In this document: positions 1-12,650 of the stretch, in pieces
Numbering within the stretch: position 1 is the stretch's first letter
Layout: each line of letters starts with the position of its first letter
Source of the DNA: Lingula anatina
Lineage: Eukaryota; Animalia; Brachiopoda
Direction of reading: 5' to 3'
Length of the DNA: 64,000 bases
Assembly: GCA_051362555.1 (NCBI GenBank)
Contig: CM120648.1
Coordinates: 5,948,587 to 6,012,586 of the forward strand
The notes under the pieces: generated by a model
Told to the model about the DNA's origin: nothing
Database searches by the model: none
What the model saw: only the letters and a program-made list of their open reading frames with translations
Program-made: the position numbers and the translations under genes

Positions 1-1090
1 AAACTGGTCCCGATGTCACTGGACGAGACGCCATTCTGGCGGAGGATTACCAATATGAACGCTGTTGTCATTTTGGTTGTATTGGGCTTTTTGTACGGCT
101 TCTTTGCCTGATGAACATTTGGTTGCAACAAAACCTTTTAGGTATCTTCTAAAACAAATTGATTTCAGAGGACGAGACGTTTGCTTTTTAACTTAACAGA
201 ATATCTAAATTGCTGTAGTAAGTTCTATTTATGCCGATAAACATGTCTGTTGCTTGCAGAGATAAAATTTCCTATCGATTTAAGGGAACAAGTCATTTAT
301 TTGGACCTCCTTCTTCAATGTCCGGCGCCCATAACACATTGGCTGCAGAGATCCTTATTAACTCAGAAGGAAAAATAACGATCTTAGTGGCAGCACCGGG
401 CGCTTAAATTAATAATAACTTAAGAGTTCAAGATCTTAAGAGACCTTTCAAGCACCCGCTAATTACGATGTAATCTGTACTTAATTCAACAATGCTGGAT
501 ATCGAGTATCTTTTCACCATAAAGTTCACGTATATGAAGACAGTGAACAGGGTATTTGCATAAAGTCCTCGCTGTCTTTTCAACAGATGGTTTTGTTTTG
601 TTCATCCTTACGTCAATGCAGTGATTGTTTGTCATACACAAATACGCCGGTGTCTACACGTAATACGCTGGGGCCGGGGGCCTTCATTAGAAAATGAATT
701 TTCTTTGTGTTTGCTGCCAATTGTTGGATAGTTAAAAGAGCAGATGTTAGTTTTTCCAGCAGAATTATTGATTTGTATACCTCCTGGGGGGAGGTAACAT
801 ACCATTTCGCTACCCCGAAATTGGTCTTTCCACGTGTCCTCAAAACACTCACTGTGGGGATTCTGATAAAGGCTCTGAAAGGTCCGAATTGCTGTTTTCC
901 CATACCCATCAGATCTTTGCAGCAGAACCCAACAGCGGAACTTAGAGTTAAAGACATTTGAACTGCTGCAAAATCAAGAACAAATCAAAAATAGACTTTT
1001 TCCAATTATTTCTTTCCACTGAAGCTGGAAGTTGCAGTTGGAAGACAGTTGCTTTATTTTTGCTTCATTTTTAAACAGCAAGGAAACGAA

Positions 1091-3368
1091 ATGAGAGGCA
1101 TTAATTTGAAGAAAATCCTCATCTTTATTGTCGCGTTTGTGATGTTTTCTTTGGCCTTAACAGACGCACAGATCAGTTCGGCGACCTTCAATATGCCGGA
1201 CACCGTTGACGGCGCGGTAAACATAAACGTCACACTCAATGGATCTGTTTTGGACAGGTTCAGCGTCCGCTCCAAACTCGAATGTTTTTCATATTGCTTA
1301 GAAAGTGCACAATGTGTGTCGGTAAACGTCGGTCTGGTGGAAGAGTCCTGGATTTGCGAGATGAACAGTGCGGAGGCAGTGAGTGCTAACCTTATGTATA
1401 AAGAAGGTTACAATATATTTCTGAAGGTAAAAGATCGTCAGATTTATTTCCAGTCTTATTACGAACTTTAAATAAACTTAAGATTTATTTCATAGCCGAG
1501 TCTTGTCAAAAATGCCACGGTTTTGATGTAAATCATAGTATAATACACATTAATGTTGTTCAGTGTACAGTGTTCAAATTTTTATACTTTGTCTACACAC
1601 ACAAACGCGCATGCACCACTTTATGAATCTTACTGGTATCTTAAAACATTTCTAGTAAAAAGAGAAAGTTTGCATTTTGTGTATTTAACAAGTACATGTA
1701 TGATACAAAGCACTGTTTCGTTCTAATTTGTTTTAATTGATTACGGTAATGTAATGATAAATGTGAAATATTGATTTTATTTGACAAGAATTTACCACCG
1801 GGTGAGTATAAGTACAATTTAAGAATAGATAAAAGTTCAAAACTTTTAATGCTGCATTGAGGTTGTACGTTTTTTAAGTGCTGTATTAACTATTTTCGTC
1901 TTTCATTTTAAATTCCTTCAGTTTATGTTACTTCTTGTCCTTTATATGAAGTTTTATATTTTAGATCTAAGATTATTTTTCTGTGCTTTTTGCACAGTCT
2001 TCATTTAGTGTAATTTTTTATCATGTGCAAATACTTATTTGTCATAAACTAAAAATGGAAACCACACGTGGAATGTTATTGTTTCTCTTTTGCAAAACAT
2101 TTCATTCAAACATCGAAAAGCGAAGATTATTGTTACGCCTTCCGTTCCATGTTTTCTGACCTCCATATTTCAAAGTAGACTTTGATTAAATTCCGATAAC
2201 AATTAAAGCGAAGACGTACCAACTACCAAACTTTAGCAGGGCTTATGTATTTAGGCAGCTCCCAATACTTAACAACGGAATACAACGGCAATAAAAAAGA
2301 TCAAATTAACGCATGCTTTCACTGATTTGTTGAACTGTTTTCCATTATATTGTATTGTCGGTTGTTTGGATGTTCATTGGTGATTTTCGCTTTCGTAGTT
2401 AATATTGTCATATTGTACTAGCACATGCCTTTTTCGTAATTTTAATGTTATTTTCGTTAGCCTGTAATTTGTTACTTTTCTGTCAATAATTTATCATTTT
2501 AAAAAAGATCAAAATTAATTCATATTCACCAGGAACTGCGAATTTCGTCTAATTTTAATTATATATACCACTGTGAATTCATCTTTGGTTATTCTGACAT
2601 TCACTGTGTTTATCTTATGTTACATTGTACGCACCTTCACTCTGTCTAGCGTAGCGTTTCAATATTATCAGCTGTTTCACTAAGGTCTGATGTTTTTTGT
2701 TTAACAGCTGCAGCATCAACGTGTCCTGTTGACTTCAGCGAGTTCGCTGGCCATTGCTACTATTTCCAAAACTCTGACACAATGGACTGGCCAGTGGCGA
2801 AGACCGCTTGTGAGGGCATGGGAGCCTATTTGGCGGAAGTGACGTCAGCGGAGGAAAACGCGTTCATTGCAAACCTGATGGCAAATATAGGATGTAAGGA
2901 TTTATGCTAATTTATAGTTGTTTATTCAAAAATTTATATTCAAAACAGAGTCCTTCATTTCTTTCTTGTAAGTAATTTGCTTAAAATTAAAATAAATTAA
3001 AATAGCCACAGTCCCCAATTGCAAACTTCTTAAGCGAAATTTGCAAATCAACTCAGAGCAGACCAAGAAACACATCTGTGTGTGTGTGTGTGCGTGCACG
3101 CGTGTGTACGTTTGTGATAATATACATGTTTCACTTTTTTTGCCTAGCCACGCATTCGTACGCCTGGATAGGGGGCGAGACAATCGCAGCAAGCACGCGC
3201 CAGTGGGCCCACAGTGGTCTGAGCATTACTCAGCCCAACTTTGTCACGTTTAGTGACTGGTCCGCCTTTGAGCCCTACGTCCTTATGTATACTAGCAACG
3301 GGAACTGGGCCGACTGTGACTCGAGGTGTGCCTCCAGCTCAACGTATGTCTGTGAAATGGATTTGTAG
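1091..3368 (+). CDS. Secreted PAN/apple domain + C-type lectin domain protein; exons 1091-1426, 1789-1801, 2708-2893, 3148-3368
   Basis: Signal peptide MRGINLKKILIFIVAFVMFSLALTDA; PAN-like SKLECFSYCLESAQCVSVN..CEMNS; CTLD motifs CPVDFSEFAGHCYYF, WPVAKTACEGMGAYLAEVTSAEENAFI, WIG, GNWAD, YVCE. The GT-AG junctions are phase-consistent (0,1,1) when the 13-nt exon is included. AATAAA at ~3658. Confidence 0.88.
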
Positions 3369-5367
3369 TTTGGTCATGAACAGAGTAAGATTCAGGGAAA
3401 AGAACCGAAGATTCATTATGTTTATGTTTCCATCAATCGGAGCTATTACGTTTAATATTGTGCAATGACAAATGGCAGAGTTCTGAGTATAACTTAATGT
3501 ATGCAATTAGCCTGTAGAAAAACTTATAATTAGCTGCGATCACAAACTTAAGTAAAGTATTTTCACTGCGATCTTTTTCACAATTTTAATGTCGTCAGAT
3601 TTTGAGTTTTGTGTTTATATTGTAACTTTTGTGTAAAAAAACTATTGTCAATTTGTCAATAAATGTTTTCATTTTAACCAATGCTCCAGGTTTTTTGACG
3701 CTGTTTAAAGGAAAAATACCCTGAGCTTTGGATGGTCGTGGGAAAGAAGCCAGAAGCTCACAACTTCTTTCTATTCTGCTTTATTGACACAGTATTACTG
3801 GATTCACACATTCAGACTCTAAAGCTAACATACATATGTAGCACAAACTTCTTTGTCTTGTTTGAAATACGATTTTTTTAGGGCAGAACTTATTTTTGGG
3901 GTCTTTCTTTCGTTTTTTATCGATATCATACGGCATGTTAACTTTAACTGAGGCAAGAATATTTTTAAATACTTCAAAATGTACTTTTGAACAATTTTGA
4001 TAACGCCATCTGGTAAAAGCATTTTTTATGGAGAATATTTCCCACCAATATTTTGGCCCCAGCACTTTCAATGATTATAAACGGAATGCTTATTGTCCTT
4101 GTCAGTCAATATTGTTTGCAATCAAACATACCTGCACGCTGCCTTGAGGTGATGTCTATGTTTTGTCTCGCTAGGAGAAGTGAACAAAGCTTCAAGGAAA
4201 CCACGTATACTATACGTGACACTTCGTTGGGCAATCACGCAAGGGAGACTTGACATTATGATATGCCCTTGGCCGGATTCCAGTAGTTTATTTCCAAGAG
4301 CAAGCCCCGCCCATTCCTTTTCTTGGTATCGATTGCCATACAGGTACAGGTAACTTGTGGCAAACGTTTTCTCATTCTATTCAACCTACTTTAATTAACC
4401 TCTACTTATATATTTTTTTTACATTTGGCAGCTTGGGACCCCCTTCTGCGTGATACCCGAAACAAGTGCTTAGTCTGCCTACACACGAACATGATATCGA
4501 CCTTGATAATATCGACCACAGCCCCTTCGTCAGTGCCAGCCAGATGTACTTTACCCCCACACCCGATCCCCTACCCCCCTGACTTCTCCAGATTCCAGAC
4601 CCCCAAGCATTGTTATTGCCAATATCCCATTTTAAGTCATCGCATTTTAAGTCATTAGTCAGTTAAGACGCCTTCTTTGTTCACCTGTGGACGCGCCACT
4701 GTCTTAAACACTTTGCGTTTTTTTATTTGGAAATGAACAACAACGGTAATAATAGGAATATCAATAACAATATATTTTCCCAACTGATATTCACGTATAT
4801 GTAAAAATACATCACAGCGTAAGCTTTTATTAACGATGTAATTTAAGTGAAATAATAACAGTAAGAACAAAATTTAAATCGTTTGAAACGAGAAAACAAG
4901 ACGGTTAATAACACAATGCGTTTAGAAGATAATCAAAATTGAAATTTAGATTTGAACCGAGAAACAACTTAGGGTAAAAACTTCTTTAAAACTTCACTGC
5001 CTTTAAAAGTTAAAAGTCTCTTATTACTTGACAAAGATGTAAACAAGCTAAAAGGGGGAAGATAAAAGTTGCTTATCGTGCTTGCCCTCCTCTTCGCCAT
5101 TCTGTCAACATAGATACTGTCAACATATGGTAGTTCGTGCCCAATTATCTTACTGCACGTATTTACAATACATTTCAGTTTCCATTCACAACTGTATTGT
5201 GCTCACCTGTGAACTTAACATACGCCCCGGTTTGGAGTAAATAGGCGAACCTTGGCGTTTCGTATTAATGAGCAAATGCTTTATTGATGCCCTTGTTAAA
5301 ATACAATAAACGGCAATGAATGAGTTTACATGCAATAAGTCCGGCTGCACTTTTCAATGGTGACACT

Positions 5368-6160
5368 TAGGGGCGTTCAGAATGCGTAAGAACGACCTAG
5401 CTAGTGCTCACTAACTCCATGGGGACTCTCGCTGAACGCAATCGGGTGAACAGAGTAACGCCTCTTCCTGGCGCTGGGTAGAATGCACAGAAGCTAGTGA
5501 TTATATACTCTCTACCAGGGCGACTGATAGATTTTTACAGATATTCACAGATATGTCTCTAGCTAGATAGATGGTCATTTTGGGCTTCAGAGGGTAGTGA
5601 TTATATATGTACAACAAAGAGTCACTGTGGAGTAGGTGCACCCAAGCTTGTGACATCTGACTCATTCTGAACGGCCACTTAGAGCACATTGAAAGCTTGA
5701 GCACATTATGACCGCATTCAGAACAGTGGGCTCACTACCGGTAGTCCCAGGGTCAAATATGGCGACCCACTACAAAGCTCGCCGTCTTATCCGCTAATAA
5801 ACACTGAATAGATGCCCCGTGGGGATGTATTCAAGTGGGTCAGTCATATTTGACCCTCGAATTGGTAGTACCACTGTTCTGAATGCGGCCTATGACTTCG
5901 CTCCCATCACCTTATCGTACTAGCAAGACCAATCTACCTCAGCAGGGATTCTAGCTAAGGCGCAGTCAGCGCAAATGGTCAGGCACGTCCCTCTCAAAGC
6001 AACATAAACAACATCATTGGTCACAAAGTTTTCCCGACCTAACACACTTGAATGCTTGTTGAGAAATCCCCGAGGGGAATCTATTCAGTGTGTACTTTTT
6101 AGTGGGTCGCCATTTTTGATCCGAGGGTCTGTAAGTCCGCTGTTCTGAATACACTCTTAG
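5368..6160. mobile_element. Nested cluster of short inverted-repeat elements (MITEs)
   Basis: GACCGCATTCAGAACAGTGG...CCACTGTTCTGAATGCGGCC at ~5710-5890; related outer ends at ~5370 and ~6155; a copy of the 24991-type element at ~5507-5596. Confidence 0.6.
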
Positions 6161-7011
6161 ATGGTTTAGCTAATTCTTTTAGAGCGCGCCATATTTGATC
6201 CTCGGACAAGTTAGTCTGCGGATCAGCTCCCAGTAGCAACATAATGGAAACAAAGGGCTAGTACCAGTAGAAGGAAATCTGTCCGACTGAAATTTTGAAA
6301 ATCTGATACAACTTCTTTTATTATGATTTTGCTGTCCTCAGAGGTAAACCCGTGTTACGTGACAGTGGCTCTGTTCTCACAACTTTTAGATCGATCTATC
6401 ACCGCGGGGAGTCTCACTAGATTACTGTCAGATAATCCCCCTTAAGTGTCCGTCCCCGCCTACTACAAGCTTTAAGGGGTAATTAACTTTCGTGTCCGCC
6501 CGGCTGACAGCTATTTAGCGTGAACCCCCAGGGAGTTAGGTCGATCCAATGTAGGTCGATCTAATCTATGAGAATGGGGTGAGTGAGGCCGCCATGATAG
6601 TGAGTCCTGTTCCCGTTCATTTGTAAAGGTAACCCTCGCCTTAGATTTGACCCACTTAGGTCAGACTAACGGAGGTCGGACTTTCTGTAACATAGACTCT
6701 TAGTTTCTTACACGTGTTAACGAAGTTCATGTTTTAATTGCAACAAGTTTAAAACAGATAACAGTTCTTCGGGTGAAGACATATCTTCAACTTGTGCTCT
6801 CGAGATAAATAAATTTATCTCAAACTCCAAATTGAATTTAACTGGGGCATCATGTAGCCACAGTTGTTGTGTATGTCATCAGTTATGACGATAACCTCAT
6901 CAATGATGTTGATATAAGAGTAAAAAAAACTTTGAACAGCACTTTACTCGCAAATTAAGCGATAGTCGGTCTCTGCTCCCTCAACGTGAAAGGTTGACTT
7001 GAAAAGACAAG

Positions 7012-7055
7012 ATGAAGACTCTGGCTCTGCCATTAATTGCAGATTAACATACTTA
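7012..7055 (+). pseudogene. Deletion remnant of an A/B-type Ly6 gene (start of exon 1 fused to the 3' flank)
   Basis: GTTGACTTGAAAAGACAAG-ATGAAGACTCTGGC, identical to the start of B, is followed by CATTAATTGCAGATTAACATACTTA, which in A and B lies ~145 bp after the stop codon (12796, 16856). Confidence 0.8.
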
Positions 7056-8598
7056 TGGATAGGTCATAGAGGTGGAGGATACCTGTTATCCAAACAAATA
7101 AAATTCGAGAACACCCCTGATGGCATTTACGTTTCTTCTGGACGCCCCCTCCTTTTTCTGGATTGATTGAAAAATTCAAGGCTCCCTCAATAAAAAATAT
7201 ACGACTTGAGAAAAAATATATCTTGAACTTTGCTTGTCACAAAAAATCACAAAAAAATAACTTTCCACAAGACCCCACCATCATATCTCACATTCAATTT
7301 TCAAAACTCCTTACTTTTGCTTAAATATTTCCAGCCCACCCACCCCTCCCAATTTCTCCCTTAACACCCCCTCCAACTTAATAATGACCGGTGCTCAACA
7401 GCGTAACCAACTGAAGACTTGTGCATTGCTTTTGCCATCTATCAAGAATATAGTTGCAAATCTTTCATTCTCGTTATTTCATGTGATGGTATTCTATATT
7501 GTTTGATTTACATATAATACGAATCATACAGTCGAACAACAGCCATTATCATGTTTTTTTATGAACAAATAACATTAAATTAACTTTGTTTATAGTTGTC
7601 TTTTTTGTATTTCTATAATTCTGACTACCAACGTCCAACAAAAAAGGCTGAACTATTTTGAACAAACTACCAATGTATTACACTTTGATCCATATCTACT
7701 TTATAAATAGTTCGACGAACTGAAGGCAAAGGTGTGTTACACGTAATTGTGCTAGGTGTGACTAGAACATCTCTGTTGTGTTAGTTGAGACGAGGTTAAG
7801 CACTCTGTGAATATAATTTTTTTCTACTGGCTAGGTCACTAAGATCTAACGAAGAAAAGCGCGCTTTACAAAATGGTCACATCGAGCACACTGGGCATCC
7901 GTATAAAAATGACGAAAAAATACTCCTTTTTCATCTTGAGGGTGATGTGGAGAGAAACTGGGGGACCTACAGGAGATACTCGTACGCGTAGAACGTGAAC
8001 TAAATTTGAGCCTCTCTAACGTGTGCAGGTATAAGTTGGTTTCATGAATCCGTGCCCGTATCCTACCTAATATAACACGTATGGATACCATGCATTTGCA
8101 CGTTCACGAAAGTTCTACTAACTTGTAGAATGTACGCGTCAAGGAGGTTAAATTAAATTTCTAAATTCATATAGCCTTGGTGTTATCTAACACGCATACA
8201 GTTAGTACAATGTATCCCTGCAGGGACGGCGAGCGTGGTAGGCAGGAATCCATTACATTTTCGTTAGGGGTTTATGCGGCTTGCTTTCCAGTGTACGAAA
8301 TATTTTATCCTCGGACTAGTTAGTCGGCGAATCAACTCGTTGTGAATGCTTCCAATGGCAACATAATGGAAAAAAAAAGGACTAGTAAAGGGAAAATTTG
8401 TCCGCCTGCAATGTCAAAAAATCTTATCCAACTTCTTTATTCTGATTTTTGCTGGTTTCAGAGGTTGACCAGGTTCATGAAGTTCATGTTTTAATTGCAA
8501 CAATTGTGCTTAAAACAGATACTAGTTCGCCACGTGAAGAGATATCTAGTTCTTTCAAAATAGATAAATTTATTGCAACCCTGGCGTGAATTCATCTG

Positions 8599-9334
8599 GC
8601 CCCCGTTTCACAAAAAAACTTAAGTCGGTTTCCCTGACTTAGGGCTTGGTTACCAACGTAATTAAGTCGTTACGTCACTAAGTCCCGTTTCACAAAGAAT
8701 CTAAAAGGTCGCTTACGTCGTTTTTTTCTTAGCTGTAAGTCGACGATGTCAAGCCTCCTCGGGAGGAGACTTAAGTCGGCAAGCTCAACTAAAACTCGGT
8801 AAATGAGAGCATAAACAACAAAAATTTGAAAAGAACATACCTCCTTCAAGATATTGTGTTATAATATATCCTTGAATAGCACTGACATTTATGGAATATT
8901 AAAATAAAAAATAAAATTCCACTTTACCCAGCCGATCGCGTGTTTGTTTATGTTTTTGACCGCTAGACGTCCCTCAGTAGTGTTCCAAGACAAGCTAATG
9001 TTTAACTGTTGCTTTGAAGTTGTATTGAAGTTAAACTAATCAATAAAGTTCAAAAACAAACTTTGTTTGTGTTTTGGCTGACTTTTATCGTTGATAAACG
9101 ATCGTTCTCGGCCGAAAGAGGCCATGAAACGTCATGTCTTGTGAAACTTTTGCAATTTTACACCTCCTTTTCTTGAAGAGTTTCTCGTGCGCGTCGACTA
9201 CGGTAAGCACGCCAAGCTAAGACGTTAGATTCTTTGTGAAACACTCCAAGTCGACTTCAGCTAAGTCGACCTAGCTAGGCCACCCAGCTCGAGTAAGACG
9301 TCTACGGATTTAAGATTCTTTGTGAAACGGGGGC
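8599..9334. mobile_element. Non-autonomous DNA transposon, PIF/Harbinger-like (CTG TSD)
   Basis: TIR GCCCCCGTTTCACAAA / TTTGTGAAACGGGGGC flanked by CTG on both sides; the paralogous empty site TTCATCTGAGGCGTC is at ~14380. Confidence 0.8.
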
Positions 9335-9513
9335 CTGGGGCGTCATTCATGTAGCCACAGTTATTGTGTGCGTCACCAGTTATAATGATAACGTCATCAA
9401 TGATGTTGATATAAGAGTCCAAAAAACTTTGAGCAGCACTGCACTCGCCAGTTGACAAACTAAGCGATAGTAGGTCCTTCCTCCCTTAACCTGACTGCCG
9501 ACGTGAAAAAGTT

Positions 9514-10324
9514 GGTACTTTTGTAGTATACCCCCCACCCTGTAACTTTCGCTTTTCAAATATTTTTTAACAGTTTTTTACATTTTCTTGTTCATCTATG
9601 TCAAAACTGTTTAAATAAAATGTTTTTGTAATTACCTGTGGTCTTTTTCAAGTTTTAATCAATTTTAATCCAGCCCATTGAAATACAGTGTGAGCATCTA
9701 CCATGCATCTTGCAGTCAATAACTTGCCGCATTTTCATTGGCTAACTCTAAGGTTACATGACTTTCAGTTTTGACTTGTATTATAGACAGTGGGGAAAAT
9801 ACATTTGAAAATTGTTTTAAAGAAATTCAGTAAATATTAAAAGGATTTTGAAGCTTCTGTGATGTCCCATCATTATAAAACATTTTGTTTTCTCAATGGA
9901 AATAAAAACTTGAAGTCAACTTCAGTTCCTTTTTATTATTCATGTTCTTTCTTAACATAATCAGATTTATACATTGTATACTTGGACTTCCTCTGTGAAA
10001 TTTGTAAGCTTCTTGTTCACATGAAATCATTTTGACATAATAGGGATGATAAGTACAAAACTTGAGTCTGGCAAGTCATGTAGCCTTAGAGTTAGCCAAT
10101 GAAAACGAGGAAAGTTATTGACTGCAAGATGCATGGTAGATTCTCACAATGTATTTCAATGGGCTGGATTAAACTTGATTAAAACTCGAAAAAGACCACA
10201 GGTAATTACAAAAGCATTTAATTTAAATAGCTTTGACATAGATGAACAAGAAAATGTAAAAAAATGTTTGAAAAGTAAAAGTTACAGAAAGTTACAGGGT
10301 GGGGGGGTATACTACAAAAGTACC
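9514..10324. mobile_element. Foldback/MITE with ~270-bp TIRs and 8-bp TSD AAAAAGTT (Merlin- or MULE-like)
   Basis: GGTACTTTTGTAGTATACCCCCC... / ...GGGGGGTATACTACAAAAGTACC; TSD at 9506-9513 and 10325-10332; empty site upstream of B (~14555). Confidence 0.85.
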
Positions 10325-10348
10325 AAAAAGTTGACTTGAAAAGCCAAG

Positions 10349-12650
10349 ATGAAGACTTTGGCAATTCTGATCGCGATGGCGGCAACACTGGCAACTTGTA
10401 AGTCTAAAGTGATGAATGCTCAAATTATAACGAGAAAAACTGTATTTGAATATCTCTTAATCTTTACACTCCACTATCTCGCTGTACGCAATAGTGTTGC
10501 ATATGCAGTATGTATTGTGAGTGAGAGCGCGCATGTGCGTCCACTTAATGCTTAGGTATGCGGCTTTATGTATGTGTGCGTGCGCTCGTGCGTATGGTGT
10601 ATGATTCTTAAACAAGAGGGACATCTCCAAACCATTTTACTAACAATTGGATTACATTGATTTAAGGCATTGTTACTACATATTGAATGTAGGGCTTCAA
10701 ATAGAAAAGGAAAATTGTTTTACATGTTTTGTGATCCACCAGTTTCGCTTTGCAGAAATTTTCAAAAGCAGACCAACTTTGAGAAACACGACAAGAGTTC
10801 AGTGTGATAAACTATCTTGTGCAGTCCCGCCTGGCACCGTTTTAACAAAACTCGTTTTCACACTTCCCCAGGAAGTAGTCGATTTCGTTGCCATAAAACG
10901 TCCGTGTTGCCATGGGAACATGGTGTTAACCCTCACTTAACCTGACCACCTGTTAACACCATAGCTTAGAGGGGGGGAGGGGCTGAGATGACCGGTGGAA
11001 ACTGTCTGCATCCGGAAAACAACTTTATCTGAGACGATGCTGAATTGACCCGTCGCTGTCTATTTGGATAGGGTGGTGGTATTTATACCCCCAGGTCTTA
11101 TCTCTTAGACGCAAGTGCCCCGTGCCTGACAAATTAAACATCTAACTTTTTAGGGGATACTATGCCTCGCGACTGGATGTTAATGCTACCTTATATTAGG
11201 GAAATATACATGAAAGCTTCGTCAAAATGAGGATTATATTTATATAAAGAAATCTGCAATATGCTTGGCAGCACTTTTAGAGTAAAGTTTTCTAACTCAT
11301 CATCATTTTACTCAAAAGCTGGGGTCATGACACTCGATACATTATCCACCTCATGTAAATGGCCCCAACTTCTGACGTTGTTTAGATTTGATGAAAATGG
11401 AGATACCCTGTGTTTACCTGTCGAAAATAGCAGTCAAGTTCTTTACAGAACAGATATAATGTCCCGGCACCAATGGGGCGTAATATTGACCCCAGTCACT
11501 CCATTGCAAAACGAAACGCCAGAGGAAAGCCAGTTGCACCAAACTGTTAGTCGTGAATATAGTCGTGAATGTAGCATTATCTTAATTTAAGCCTGCCATT
11601 TAGGTGGGGAATGTCGGTCGTTTTCCAAATGGCTTAACTGGTACATTGAGAGTGCGGTGAAAGTTATCAACGAGCTTTTGAATATGATAAAATGAAGTCT
11701 AACTGGCTTATACAAGGTCCATCCCGGGCTCCTTTCCCTCCGCCATCTTTTCAATTGGTCCTTTCAAAGCATTATTTTTTATGAGGGCACGTTAAAATCT
11801 ATAGAGAGACCCATCGGAATCAGTGGACAATTTTATTTTTCTGTGTCAACGAAACGAAGGGGAGCACAAAAGTTGGGGGAAAAGTTCACTAGCGTACCTA
11901 CGCATGTTCGATTTTGTCTCATTGTTGTTTTTTTTCCTCTACATGAGGAAATGAGGAACTTGTCACCGGGAAAGATGAAACTTTCCTGCAATCATAGAAA
12001 TCTTCAGTAATGACACCCCTGCAATTTTCGACAGTTCTTATTTTTCACATTAACTCTTCAGGTGATGGCTTTAGATGTTACAGCTGCAGCAGTTCCAAGG
12101 AAGAGTCTTGCGGAGAGTCTTTTAGAGCCAGTAGTACCGTTTACTGTAACACCGCGTGCTACAAGAGCATAAGTACAGTGAACGTTCTCATAGGTATAGC
12201 ATAAAAATATAGTTTTATCACTCTAAGATAATATATAACTGTACTGCCTGATTGAAAGAGAGCTTATGAAATTTTTGAGGAAAAAATGATAAATTTATTT
12301 TACTTAATTGTATATGTGCTTTTCATTGTATGTGGCTGTCTGTCTATTTAATTATCTTCAGTAACTTGTTTTATGTACCCAATTCTTTATTGATAAATGG
12401 ATTCGTTGAATTATTTTTTGATCTACCATCTCATCCAGGGTCTGTCATAACGTACTCGAGAGGCTGCCACTGGACAAATCCATATTCCAATACCTGCGAC
12501 AAGAATGGTGGTGGAATTGCCGGGATTGGCGCTGCTGCGGAAGACTGCTACTGCAGCACTGATTTGTGCAACTCCGCCTCAAACTTGCTGCCCTCTATCG
12601 TCCAAATCGTCATGGTCGTGGCTGCTGCTTTTTTCTTCCAGAAGTTTTAG
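10349..12650 (+). CDS. Ly6/uPAR three-finger protein A, probably GPI-anchored; exons 10349-10397, 12062-12193, 12439-12650
   Basis: Spliced product MKTLAILIAMAATLATCDGFRCYSCSSSKEESCGESFRASSTVYCNTACYKSISTVNVLIGSVITYSRGCHWTNPYSNTCDKNGGGIAGIGAAAEDCYCSTDLCNSASNLLPSIVQIVMVVAAAFFFQKF. Ten-Cys LU pattern (CxxC...RGC...CxCxxxxCN), hydrophobic C-tail, GT-AG phase-1 introns. Confidence 0.92.

Noticed and set aside
1-961. ORFs 613-957 (-) and 707-961 (+) and coding-like sequence upstream
   Set aside because: No recognisable domain or splice structure. It may be a decayed transposon, but I cannot support that.
12330-12438. Hydrophobic N-termini of ORF-track products (also 16390 and 50691) that resemble alternative signal peptides
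   Set aside because: They are translations of T-rich intron 2 and its polypyrimidine tract; the resulting proteins would lack half of the LU cysteines.
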